From the NCBI GenBank assembly GCA_003693705.1, contig RBZT01000887.1, positions 1 to 32,055 of the forward strand: 32,055 nucleotides of DNA, given 5' to 3'. This stretch comes from Polymyxa betae A26-41 (taxonomy: Eukaryota; Protista; Endomyxa: Phytomyxea). The notes beneath the pieces were generated by a model that worked only from the letters and a program-made list of their open reading frames with translations, searched no databases and was not told where the DNA came from. Made by a program: the position numbers and the translations under genes. This document shows positions 12,605 to 24,959 of this stretch, piece after piece; the first letter of the stretch is position 1, and each line of letters opens with the position of its first letter.

Positions 12605-13059
12605 CGGGCTATTCTATTCCATATCTCCACGAAATACAATGTATATTATGTACAATCATTAGGATCATCTTTCTCCATCAAAATGCTGATGCGAGTTGTT
12701 TCAAAATGGTATCAGAGAACTTAAAACCCGTCGTTTGCAGACGGATGAGAATAACATTCAATGCCAAACAGCTGGCCTGACCTTCTATTTTAACGGTAGC
12801 AATCGCTCTTGGAATAAGTTTGTTCGCAATTACAAACGGATAGAAGTTGGGCCCCATTGTTACGGGCTTAACGAGCCCGATAGCGGAGTCCGTCACTAAC
12901 GAACGATGATTATGTGGCACATGCGTGCCGTTTCCATGGTGAATGATCACAACAGTACATTCGCCTTAGTAACGAGATTGTCAGCTAAAACAGCAAATTC
13001 GAAGACGCAAACAGAATGTGTTTTTAATTGCAACAACTTCGACAGCGCTGCGGAAATCG

Positions 13060-13845
13060 TCATCGCAAGTTCATTAGCCAGGCTTCGGAGATGGTCTGTA
13101 GATGACGGGCCAGCATGGCCTTTAGTTGAGCACCTGATGCCTGTATCTCCGCCACGGACGCCTGTAGTACAGCCTGTGATGCCTTTAGCTCTTCAACCCT
13201 TGCTACCGTATAGGAGAGAAGAGAATACAGCCGATCTATGCCCAGGGCGTCGTGCTGCCCCTCTCCTACCCTCTTATCCGGATGGGCAGGGCGGGGTCGT
13301 CGTCGAACCACCGGCCCCTCCTCGGACGATTCGTTGTCGCTGGTCGCTTGGTCATCGTCGCCGACGTCGTCGTCGTCGTCGTGGTCGCCGCCTTTCGAAC
13401 CACGAAGCGGATTCGGGAACCCGATTCGAGCGAGATTCAGACGACGAATGAGCTGGCGTAGCGATGTGCCTGGCAGACTGGCGAGCTCGTCCGGGCTCAG
13501 ATGCGCCTTGCAATGCCGCTCTGTGGATCTAACATGTGTCAGGGGCGGGTACGTCAGCCGGACGTTGCTTACTTATCGGTATTGAATACAGCACCACATA
13601 TGAGACATTGTCCGCCTATTATCCCATCACCAGCGTATGGAGATCTGAAGATCTTATCCTGTAGGTTCCGGACGCGCATTGACAGACGGGGGGTGACTAA
13701 GTACCTAGGGTTTTAGGGGTTCCATGCCGCGAGAGTCAGTACGACCACCGAACCGACCTAACTGTGACAGGTCTGTAGTAGGACGCGGCTGCTTACGACG
13801 CCGTGTTGGCGTTGACGAAGACGACCGAGGTCGGATCCGGGCCAT
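13060..13845 (-). CDS. Putative C2H2 zinc-finger protein with acidic tract and coiled coil (two introns)
   Basis: Splicing gives QCLICGAVFNTDKSTERHCKAH (CxxC-x12-HxxxH), then DHDDDDDVGDDD and the 13060-13311 frame; the start MARIRPR is inferred. Confidence 0.65.
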
Positions 13846-14061
13846 GATGGAATCGTGGCCACCTCAGATCCGTGAGACAGCAACAGAATTCACAGCCAGG
13901 CGGGGCAGTCCGAGTGGCGCAGTCCGGGCGCGGATCGTGCTGGCCCTTGTTCACACCCCGGGGGCCACATCTGTGCTAAGATTGGATATCTCTGGAAGAG
14001 GCAGGGCCCCCCCTCTCCCTCCCGAATCGAATCATCATAATACATTTTATAATAATTTAAA

Positions 14062-16290
14062 TTAGAAATCGGCACGGCGGCGGCTGCGCGAGTCGTGCTG
14101 GACCGCGGCCGACGGCGTCGCCGTCGGCTGTTGCTGCTGCTGCTTCCGTAGTTTGAGATCGGCGGCCCGATCCAGCAGCGATCGTTTCCTGTGCCTGGTA
14201 TCGTGCTGGCCCCCGGCGGCGACCTTTTGTATGGGCAGACCGATCTGTTGTTTGACGGGGACCAGGTCGGGCTTCGATTGGGGTTTCGGGGCGGGGCGGC
14301 GTCTCTCCTTCTTCCTCGGTTCGTTGGAGAAGGGATCCTCGGAGTCGTCGGACTCCGGGTCGCTCTCATCGACCATGGAGAACTTGTGGCTGCCGACCTC
14401 CTCGCCTATCTGTTTCGGTCCATCGAGCTTCGCGTTCGCCGCACGAAGCCGTTTGAACTCGTCGTCCTCTTTATCGATGGCGAATTCGGCGTCCTTGAAC
14501 ATCGCCTCGAAACGGGAATCGCCGAGCGGATTCGCGGCCATCGCCTTCTTCGGATCCGCCTGTAACAACGCCTCGGCGTAATCCTTGTTGATCTTCGGCA
14601 ACCTAGGCAGAAACCCTTAGAAAAACCCTAGACTCCGCAACCCTAGCAAAACCCCAAACCGACCTCTTTGACACAGTGATACGATCACGACGTCGTGCCT
14701 CGATCTTCTCTTGAACGCGTTTCTTCACGAACACATCGTATGCGAACGGATCCGCCACGGACTTCACTTTACGCCACAGGCGCATATCCATGAAGAACCC
14801 GTGCATATACGCTCGGAGCAGGTTCGACCCGATCAGGTCGTGCAGGCCCAGCTGCGTGAGTTCCGCCCGTGTCACGAACTTGTAGTCGTCGAACGACGAC
14901 GTCTTCGCTTCTTCCTCAAGCTCTTCGGTGAGATTATCCAAGAACGAGCACCATCTGAGAGACGAAATCGTCAAACGAAACATTGCAACACTGAACGCCG
15001 CTCGGAAGCAGAGAGAACAAAAACACGAAAAACAACCACGGATTCGTAGACAGCGTCAATCGAACCAGAAGCACAAAAAATGATGCGAAACCCAGGGCCT
15101 GGGGGGCGAGTACGACCCGAAACGTACCTGGGCGCGGGTCCCAGTTCCGGGATGTAGTAAGTAGGTACGCGATGTTGTTCGGCGGCGGCGAACATGAGCC
15201 CGGTATCCTGTACGATACAGAGCTGATGGATGGGAGCGGCCGCCTCGATCGCCGTGAACGGCGCGCCCGTCGTCCGATCCCAGAACTTGATCGAGGCGCC
15301 ATCGGTCGACACGACCTGCCGGCTGCGTTCGTGAATGCGAATGTCGCGGATCGCGAGACCGTTGCGATGATCTTTATCCAGCAGAGGGCGCGATGATCGC
15401 AGATCGTAGATGAGGCAGTGGCCCGTACTGGTCCCCGCCACCATCGTCAGACCATCCATCTAAAAATCGCATTCAGCACATCCGATCATCGCCGGTTCAA
15501 ACGCATAAAAAGCCAGAAAAAACGCAAAAAAGCCAGAAAAAATGCTAAAAAAAAAACGCAAACAGTGAGATCGTACAGCGAATTGGAGGGCGGTGATATC
15601 GAACGATGATTGTTGCGGACCGGAATGATGAGCTCGTAACGCCGCAGCTCGGGTGCGATCTCGCGGATCCCAGAACTCGATCGTGCTCTGATCGCCCCCA
15701 ATCGCCACCAACTGATGCAGCGGATTCACCTCGACCTTGTTCACATCCGTGAACGACGTCTCGAACCCTTCCACGAACTGTCCTTGCTCGAGATTCAACC
15801 TCCACACCTGGGGGCCAACACCACCCACCAGCAGATCGCAACGCGTGGGGTTGTACGCCGTGTCGCGGCCGAATTTCGGAATCCGCACGGTATGTAGCAG
15901 GCCGTACTTGGCATGGAGTTCGATGGTCCGATCCGCCCGTAACAGCGCCAGCTTCGTATAGTCCGGGGCCAGTACGGCCAGCGACCGAATCTCGCTGTCG
16001 GCGTGACGGGCGAATTTCAGCCCGAGCTGGTCGAGTTCGAACACCTTGATCTGGGGCCGGTACAGGCCGCAGGCCACGACGTACTGGCCGTCGGCGGACA
16101 TGGCGATCTGCGTCGACGCCGTCGGGAACGTCAGATCCTGAATCAGTTCGAGGCGGCGGCGGAACTCGTCATTGTACCGGAGCGTACCGGCCCCGGCCCC
16201 ACCGGCCTGCGCCTGCCATTCCGGTAACGTTTTCCCAGCTGATAGATTATAGACCTTGACGCCATTCAAAGCGGAGACAGCCAAAGCCAT
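14062..16290 (-). CDS. NOL10: Nucleolar protein 10 / Enp2 (WD40 + NUC153); introns 14603-14663, 14955-15127, 15460-15576
   Basis: [75 protein letters not shown]. Confidence 0.95.
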
Positions 16291-16412
16291 GTTCTGTCGA
16301 AACACAGAAATGGGAATCTCGAAACCCGGAAGCGGATTGCGTCACGGAGTTCCTTGAACTCGGTTATCGTCTCTCTGCTTCCCCCCATTTCTTGAAACTC
16401 GCGCTGCCACAA
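16291..16412. promoter_or_regulatory. Putative bidirectional promoter between NOL10 and the carrier gene
   Basis: Only 122 bp separate the divergent ATGs. Confidence 0.55.
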
Positions 16413-17617
16413 ATGGCGCCGCCCGACGAGCGTCCGGCGCCGGCGCCGCGATCCTGCCGGTTGACGTCGGCGTCGTTCGGCGCCCTGATCACCTCATTGA
16501 CCATGACGCCATTGGACGTCATCCGGGTCCGGATGCAGTCGACATCGGCGCAGGCGACGGGCCAGTACATGCTGCGACCGCTGTGTCCGGAGGCCGGGTC
16601 GATCGTGGCCCCGTGCCGTACGGGCCCCTTCACATACCGTGTCTGGACCGGATCTCCATCAACAGATCTCTGGTCTATGCCATGGTGCTCTCGATGTCAT
16701 CAACCCTCATATACGCGGATATCAGATCAGAATACATTCAGATCGATGTTCCGTTTAATACGTCGTGAAGGGATTCCGTCGTTATGGAGGGGGTTGACGC
16801 CGACCTTGGCGCAATCGATCCCGAGTACGGTCCTGTATTTCAACGCGTACGAAGAGCTGCGGCAGGTCGCGCTGGCCCCGGCCCTGGCCGGGGCCGTCGC
16901 CCGTATCGGAGCCGCGACGCTCGTGTCGCCCATCGAACTGGTCCGAACCCGGATTATGGCGCATTCGGGGCGGCCGGAATCGGCCTGGGCGCAGTTAGAG
17001 AACGTGTCGAAGGAGGTGGCGGGCGAATGCCGAGCCGGCGGTGTCCGTGTCCTGTTTCGCGGCCTGGGCCCGACTTTGTTCCGAGATGTGCCGTTTTCGG
17101 CTCTATATTGGACTGGATTCGAGTCGATCAGGACCCGGGTACAACGTTCTATTAACGACACGACACCTGGTGCTGCTATTAGCGCGTTTGTGGCTGGGAC
17201 CATCTCGGGGGCTGTCGCTGCTATGTAAGTTGTTAGGGTTTAGGGTTTGGAATTCTGCGCCTTGTACGCAATTTCGTGTTTCAGTTTCGCCAGTTTTGTT
17301 CATAGTGGCGCAGTTTTCGTTCAAGCGACGCAGTTTTCGATTCGCAGTCGCGCAGTTTACTAAATTGTGCGTCCTTCTTTAGTTGCACACAACCGTTTGA
17401 TGTTGTCAAGACGAGGCAGCAGATCGAGCAGTTCAATGGCGGCAGGTCCACCCGTCACGTTCTCGATGAGATCCTGCAGAATGGTGGCTGGAGGGGTTTG
17501 TTCACGGGATTGACTCCTCGGGTAGCGAAGATCGCCCCGGCCTGTGCTATCATGATCTCATCATATGAGCTTGGAAAGGTTCTGCTAGATAGATCGAGGA
17601 CGACACCACCCTCCTAA
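16413..17617 (+). CDS. Mitochondrial carrier, SLC25A39/40 (Mtm1)-like; one intron at about 17225-17382
   Basis: Three carrier signatures PLDVIRVRMQ, PIELVRTRIM and PFDVVKTRQQ; Cys-containing first loop; RDVPFSALYW and KIAPACAIMISSYE are typical of this subfamily. Confidence 0.92.
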
Positions 17618-17675
17618 TAAACTTATTTATTTCCGTTTTATAATAGCTTTGTAATAGAATATTTATTTAGCCCCA

Positions 17676-18404
17676 TTATGTGGATGGCAGAATAATGCCC
17701 TCTGGTTGTGCCTTCACCAATCGTTCTGCAGACGATGATGGCGACGACCATCGCGTTCGGCTATCGCCGATGTATCGATTCAGATCGAACTCCCTCGGGC
17801 GCTGATTGAAATTGCAGACCAGATTGGATTCGGCGCTCGAATAATAATGCAGGAGCCTGTACGAGCAGCTATTAGTATGGCCCGGACTCGATTGATGGTT
17901 ATGAACACCTTTCCATCAGTTTCTGGGCCTCAATGATGGTAACGACGGAGACGATATCAGCACGAACTAGACCGATACCTTTAGTGAGACAAAGTTCATC
18001 ATAGAAGGTGATGGTTAAGGAGGGAATCGCTCCCGGTTTCTGGAACTGCTCCAAGGTTGTCATCATACAGCAATTCTGCTGAAATTGCGACACCATGCTG
18101 AAGAACCCGCCTGGACGATGAATCGGGAACATGAACATCTGCGATGAGATCAGCAAAGCAGGCGATCAGCAACCGATGCTCTTCATACAGGATTCGCCCT
18201 GGCCAGGCCGAGGACCTTATCGAGACGCCACGGCTCCAACGTCGTCGCGATCGTGTTGGGACGTTCGGCGTGATATTCCTTCCAGATACGGTGAACGTCG
18301 TCAGGACTGACCGTCGACCTATCCACCAGCGGCAGCTTCATCAGATCGGACAGCTTCCTCGTACTGGTCACAATCGACCGCCACGATATGGGTCGGGGCA
18401 GCAT
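17676..18404 (-). CDS. ATP11: Mitochondrial F1-ATPase assembly factor ATP11/ATPAF1 (spliced; alternative start 18470)
   Basis: KLSDLMKL, IWKEYH, ARANP/MFMFP, LTITFYDEL..KGIGLVRAD, V.NFNQRP.EFD. Confidence 0.85.
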
Positions 18405-18637
18405 GACTCCTCGTAGACCTCCACAAACCGTATGTCCGTAAACATGTTGTATTTCGTGATACCGAAACATCAGATCTTGGAATTGGATGGAGCAGAGATA
18501 ATGGTGTAGAATCTGTAATCTTTTGATTGTTGTTGCAGTTGATTTATAATAGATATAGATGTATAGTACATTTCAATTCTGTAATGAGAACCATCATGGA
18601 CCATTAAACAATCGATTTCGAAAGAGAAACATCTAAG

Positions 18638-20940
18638 TTATGGTAGAGGCATCATATCGACATCGGTCAACTCGGAACTCAGCAGATCCTGTTCGTTATG
18701 GTTCTGGACTGATATTTTGACTTCCGGGACTTGAGCATTGGAATCTTGCCGGTCTGTCTGGGATTCCGCCACAGCCGTTCGCGGGGTCAGTTGGGGTACG
18801 AGAGCGGTTGTTACAGCTGCTGGAACAGATTCTGCTACAGCTAAACGATATGGCATATTGGCAGTACTTGCAGAACGATTCACGCAGGATTCTTCAGCGT
18901 GACGAAATACTGTGAACTGATCTGAGGACCAGCTGCGAACTCTTGAACCCAGATTCTCAGATGGATGTCGATGTTCAACCATCAGAGGGATATCGCTATT
19001 CCGAAGTAAGGCGGCCCGAACTTGTCGAACGCAAGCGTCCAATTCGAATTCGATATCGCAGTGTTCGCTGATTAACGTCATATGACGCCATGTGTATAGC
19101 TGAGCTTGTTGCACACAGGCATCATACATTTCATGAGTTGGGTTTTCCAGCAATGTTAAGAAATCACGTAACGAAGGTTTTGGATACAATGTGATGTCTC
19201 CGAGATAATTCTGATTGGCAATACTCTCCAGATTGCAACACAGCGATTTTGAGACAATCAGCGACGATATGCGAAGAATCAGATCACGTAGTTCGCCGCC
19301 CAGATACAAGATCGATTTGGCAATAAGATTGGAGCTTGTACTCAGCATTCGTTGTGGTGCCATAAAAGGAACCACATGAGGGTTCACCTGGCTTACAATG
19401 AAATGATTCACGTTAAACATTTCAGCAAGACGATGCATTGGTAAATCCGATCGGACACTGCCATCAGACCACATCACACCACGAGAGAAATGCGGCACAA
19501 TCCGCCCGTTGGGCTCTTTGCTCATTAGCTCCACGGGCTCGAACACGAATGGGATAGCACAGCTGGCGCAGACAGCCGACCAAATCTGATCATTTATAAA
19601 CAACGAGGCAAGCTATGTTCAGGCGATCTACTAACCAGAACTTTAGGGGCTGTAAGATAGTTCAGCAGCAGGATTTCAGCAGATTCAGGTGATCCATGGG
19701 CAGAGACGGCAATATTGAGAATGCGACCCGTTCGTGCATACGCCTCCTGGAAACTGAAATCACCGACGTTCTCGCGGACGTACTGCTCCATGACACTCAT
19801 GTTGTAGAAGAATCCCTCCTTCCACATTCGAGACAGCTTGCGCCATATCGATCCCGTATTGGATGGGAATACGTCGAGGCTTTGAGCGCCATCTCGAGCG
19901 AGCAGCTCCAGTTCCAGATCTGTTCGAGTTCCAATCTACAGCTGGATTCAGTTCCTGAACAGGGCTGGCATCATATTAGATACCATGGCGGCAAATATAG
20001 AGCCGACGCTGGTTCCTGATATAATTCTTGGCAGCAATTTCTTACTTAACAAAGCCTTAATCACTCCTAACAATAACATCATAAATTAAGCAGGACGAAA
20101 AGACAGCTTGTGAATAACAACCTGCATGATAGAGGCCTAATGTAGAGCCACCGCTTAAAAGCAGAGCAGAACGGCCATAGGCATGTCTGGTCTCCATAAA
20201 GAAAGCCAATTTACGTATACTGGGAATATTACTCTCTGTCTCCATGGCGACTAAATTCAGTGATCGAACCACTTCTCTCGTGTAATCCTCCACCTAATAG
20301 AAACTCAATAATTCAACATCGATTGATCTGGAGACGCCGGCGTACCAAAGTCTTCGTGCCAGATAATAGATGTCCATAGAGTTTTGGATTGCCGATCCCA
20401 CCGACATTTCGCTGCAATCGGGACCTCAAGAACTGCATCAGACCTTCGATATTTCGTGCATCGACCAGCCCTCGCATTTCATCTAAATCAGCACGAATTC
20501 GACGATGATCATAGAGATCGCTTTCTTCAATATCTTTCCAAGCTATCTGGCCTGTGATAGCATCTAAACGAGATGCAGATTCTCTCCATTCATCGAAATC
20601 TTCGGCATGCTTCATCGCTTCTTTCAATCTGCATGCCTGCCATTCCGTTAGTTAACAGCAGCGGGAAACCGATTCACATTCCTACCTGGAGGTATTCGTT
20701 TTCTCGGCCCGAAAGATAAGCAAAGCATTGTTTCAAGAATGAGATTCTGCTGCGAAACAAGGACCGGAACTTGCCCCAGGCAAAGAGGACGACGTAGAGC
20801 AGCGCCAGCAGAATCGAATGTCGAGCGACCAGACGGAGGACGAGGTCTGGGGCTAGAAGCCATAACAGGACTCGCCCTTTAAGACGTGTAATGAATCCAG
20901 CCGCATGAATAACACGATTGATACTCGATGGAGGACTCAT
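18638..20940 (-). CDS. Patatin-like triacylglycerol lipase (SDP1/Tgl4-like), multi-exon
   Basis: GRSALLLSGG..LGLYH.G, GTSVG nucleophile elbow, SFQEAYARTGRILNI, LLNYLTAP, WSDGS..DLP, FNVNHFIVSQVNPHVVPF. Confidence 0.93.
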
Positions 20941-20974
20941 AAGAACCCAGTCTGAAACATTAAACCCGACTATA

Positions 20975-21135
20975 GGTCGATGAAAACCCTAGTTGCAGTG
21001 GTGTCTCCGCCAAGGTCGTCGAAAACCCTAGTTGCAGTGGTGGCCCCGACTCGGTGGTTGACAAACCCTCGCTGCAGTCGTTGCCCCCCGACCCGGTCGT
21101 TGAAACGTTGCAAACCCTTGTCGCAGTCGTTGCTG
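20975..21135. repeat. Degenerate 39-40-bp tandem repeat (about 4 copies)
   Basis: gaaaaccctagttgcagtggtg at about 20982 and 21021, with decayed copies at about 21062 and 21111. Confidence 0.7.
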
Positions 21136-21567
21136 ATGCTATCAATGATCAGTTAACGCTCAGGACCGCTCATAAGCAGCCCCATCCCCCTATTAACATG
21201 AACTTTTTCTGCGCATTTATCCTGTTAAGTGTCGGTTGTTGGGCGTCGCAAGGCTTTCAAGTCATCCGGATCTCCATCCCCGAATGCACTTATCTGATGG
21301 AGAGAAACGCATCCCCGAGAGAGAAAGAGAGAACAATCGGATCGGTTTCGTTACGAAGACAGATTGAATCGATTCTGTTAAAAATCACATTGAGAGCCTC
21401 ATTAAACTGAATCGGATTGCGATGATTTGGATTCTCGTGGCTTTTTATCGGGATAGATTCATATTGATCCGGAGAAGGTTGGAGCGCTGGGCCGTACCCG
21501 CCCAATGACGAATGCGCTAACCGGGGGGCGATCCTCGTCCTGTCACACATGAGATCGAATTGATTCG

Positions 21568-22792
21568 ATGATGGGTGAGAGCCCGGGATGTCGTCAGTTC
21601 CTGGATTTCCTGGACGAGCAGGCCCGCGACATCCGCTCCGAGGACATCGTCGTCGACGGGGAGGCCGCCGCCGCCGATTCCGCTGCTGCTGATCATGACG
21701 ACCTGACAGAGACGGAACCGACCGGGTCGGTGTTCAAACAGATCAAAGAGAAGATGATCTCACTGCAGCTGCGTCTATCCGAGACCGAGACCGATCTCGA
21801 TCTAACCCGCGAAGCGCTGCAGAAAGCTCGTGGACAGATTCGAGACGGAATCGACGTCGTGAAGCGGGACTGCGCCGATCACGTCCGCCGCCAACGGGGT
21901 AGTACCGGCGGCCCCGGCCACATCCGTCCCATCCCGGTTCTGACCATCTGGCTATGCAGAGGAGTTCGACGCCGTGCTGCAGAGGCAGATGGCGTTCTCG
22001 AAGAAGGTGTTGGAGGAGAAGGAGGCGCTGGCTATGAAGGTCGATGAATTGATTGAGGCAGCCAAGCAAAGAGAGACGCAGATGACGGTGCAAATCACGG
22101 AACTCAAGGTTAGGGTTTAGGGTTTGGCAACAAGTGGGCGATGTTGGATTGATGTGAAGTCTGTTGTTGTAGGAGCAGGAGCAGAAGAAGTTACAGAAGA
22201 TGAAAGCGGCCATGAAGGCGGCCGAGAAAGTTCGTCGCGATCGTCTGATCGAGGAGATGCGCGCTACAATCAAGCAGGATACAGTCCGGGCTCTGGAGCC
22301 GGAACTTCAGCGCCTGATCGACCAGCATAACGACGAACGGCGAAGTAAAACCCCCAAACCCTAAACCCTAGTCCTCTGACGAACACTCACACAGGGGCCG
22401 CTGACGAGCGTGATCAGGCTCTACGACAACAGAACGAGGCGCATCAGGCCGCCCTACAACAGCTACGCGAACAGCTTCAGATCGAACATCAGCACCAGAT
22501 CGATCAGGAGCGTCGAATCGCACACGATCGACTCGACCGCGCCGTACAGGACCAGCAGTGGGCCGCGGACCAGGCCCGGCGCCGGTACGACCAGGAGCTG
22601 GACGCCGAGCGCAAACGAATCGCGCTGGAGCGCGGCGAAGAGAAGCGGGCGTTCGATCAGGTGCTGAAGAGGATGCGGCAAAGAATCGAGACGAAGACGA
22701 CCTCGAGCGGCGGCGTTCGCGATAGCACGGACGAGCTGCAATTCGGGGACGATTTCTGGAAATTCAGCACTGGCGATCGTGGCAGCAGCTAG
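21568..22792 (+). CDS. CEP131: CEP131/AZI1-like centriolar coiled-coil protein (short form, 3 introns)
   Basis: Spliced AAEKVRRDRLIEEMRATIKQDTVRALEPELQRLIDQH resembles the conserved CEP131 core (EK.RR.KWI..KT..IKE.TV.GLEPEIQ.LI..H); it is preceded by FDAVLQRQMAF...EEK..L. Confidence 0.75.
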
Positions 22793-22978
22793 GGTTCTAG
22801 GGTTCTATTGGCTAGGGTTCTACTGTACTCTAGGCTAGGGTTGGGACGAATCTATGAGAAAATCGCTAACATAGAATGAAGTATTATTTTCATATCTGAT
22901 GAGACGATGCTGCTGCGTCTCTTTACACTATACCGGGAGTCAGCAAAACCCTAAACCCTAGAGATAACACCCGCCTAC

Positions 22979-23336
22979 CTAATCCTTCGCCTTCGGGTGC
23001 AGAATCATCTGCGGTATCGACTTCCCATCCTATACAGAAACCATCAGATCACCACCACCATGCCTGGGGCGGTACTGGCCCGCCCGGCCCTCGTACCTTG
23101 GTCGTGATCAGCTGATTGTGCGGATCGTACACGTAGATGGCGAACACGCAGAACAGGAGGACGAAGAGAGCGAAGGCGCCGACGAACCCGCTCGGGACGA
23201 GGACGGCCAGGACGACGAGAAGGGTGGCGTAGACGCCGATCGAGACGAGGAGCGGCATGAACATGAAGGCGAGCAGGCGAATGGCGATATTGGGGACGTG
23301 ACCCGACGACAGCAGGGTGGATTCACCGCCGGCCAT
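22979..23336 (-). CDS. Small membrane protein (about 96 aa, 2 TM segments); intron 23030-23096
   Basis: MAGGES...; two long hydrophobic segments; GC3-rich codons; clean GT-AG intron to DGKSIPQMILHPKAKD*. Confidence 0.7.
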
Positions 23337-24959
23337 GACGAAGGGCGTTCGCGAGTAGGCAATCGTGCTAATCTGAATGACGGGGAATGAACGTCTGTGC
23401 TTGGGACACACAACCGAATAGGGCTATCTGAGATGTGATGGGTCGGGCCTGGGGCGTTCGGATCGGCGGCGTCCAATGGCCGCCTCTCCCACAAGATTCA
23501 ACTGAATCGATTCATCGGCGTCCGCTGATCACCGGATTCCTTCACATCGTTGGTGAAGGCGTTGCGAGGGCCCTTCGTTGCGCTTCTTCGTGATGGGTCT
23601 TGATTGGGACTAGGATTGGATCGAAGGCGGATCCATATTACACTCGTTCTGCAGTTTCCGATGATCGATAACAATGATTCAATAAACCTGTCGTATCTAT
23701 TATCAATGCATGATGAAAGATCTTGGAATTAGGTCTTGTATGGGAGATGATCGAGCAGAGAGGCTGTGAGCATTGGTGTGGCGCTTTCAGCGAGTTGAAT
23801 GTTGGTGGGTCGTTAAACGACCATGCCTCGTAAACCCTAACCCTCGAATGGTGGTAGATCATACTTCAATGCTACTTTTCGCGATCCTGATTCGATCCAT
23901 GAAATTGGTCGTTACATTGGAGAACGTCCGCCCCTGATCTTCGCGGCATCGCTGTGTTCACGACGTTTCCGAGGGTCGCGTGGTCCAAAATATAACGGCG
24001 CAATAGCAACGTTCATCACCTCGGTCTGAACGAACATCCTTCAATCACAAATGCATGAAAACCGCAACGACAGTCGGAAGCAGAACAACTCCAACGACAC
24101 TGTCAACATCAAGGACCAGTACGGTTCACGGGAATCGATGTCGTGATGCATGGTGTCGAGGCAGCGCCGAAACCAACTGCAACAAAATCACGACTTGGCT
24201 GAGTAGATTGACCTGATATTGGGACTTGATTTACCAACGATCGCGTTCAGATCGCCGGGTTCGATGTCAGCGAATATTTGTTCATGAAAGCACCGTGATC
24301 GATATCTTGGACCCGTCGTCGACCAAGCCGTGCACGCCCACAAGTCCAAATCGTTCCTGATCACATACGTGCTCGTTGTTATCAACCCTAATATGCCCAT
24401 TTTTCTGAATTGTTACCCACTTGAAATTATCTACGTGATTGTGAGTTTTGATAAATGTCTGGGCAACGAATCTATGAACCTTTCTAGAGTATCGTATTTT
24501 AACCTGGTATAAAACTACAAGAATACGGTTTCTCTCCTCTTATATTATATAAATTTCCATTGAAGTCGATGAAATAATCTGGGAATTCACTTGATACGCT
24601 TTAAAAATATTAGATAATTATATGATTTCCTTTTTAAATAAATTATCAAAGTATGTTTTTCGACAGATTATACCATATGAACATCAATGCCACCAATTCG
24701 AATAATGCCACTAGTAAGCAACTTTGCGGTTCCCAAACCGATACAATCGCCGGCTTCGAAAATGATTGCGAACACCGGGGTACCTTCGATCCGTTAGGTT
24801 TAGTTTTTCATGGGTTCCGATAATAACGTCAACTGCTGAAAATGAGACCAAGAGATGTGGTAAATGATCACCATACTCGTTTGGCCTTGACGATTGGTAT
24901 GTCCAACTGCCGCTCCTACTGGGCCCAGGACTTCTTGCAAATTTGCTATGGAACCCCCA

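Noticed and set aside
9969-17382. Many overlapping alternative-frame or antisense ORFs in GC-rich genes
   Set aside because: They are expected shadows of high-GC coding sequence and show no motifs
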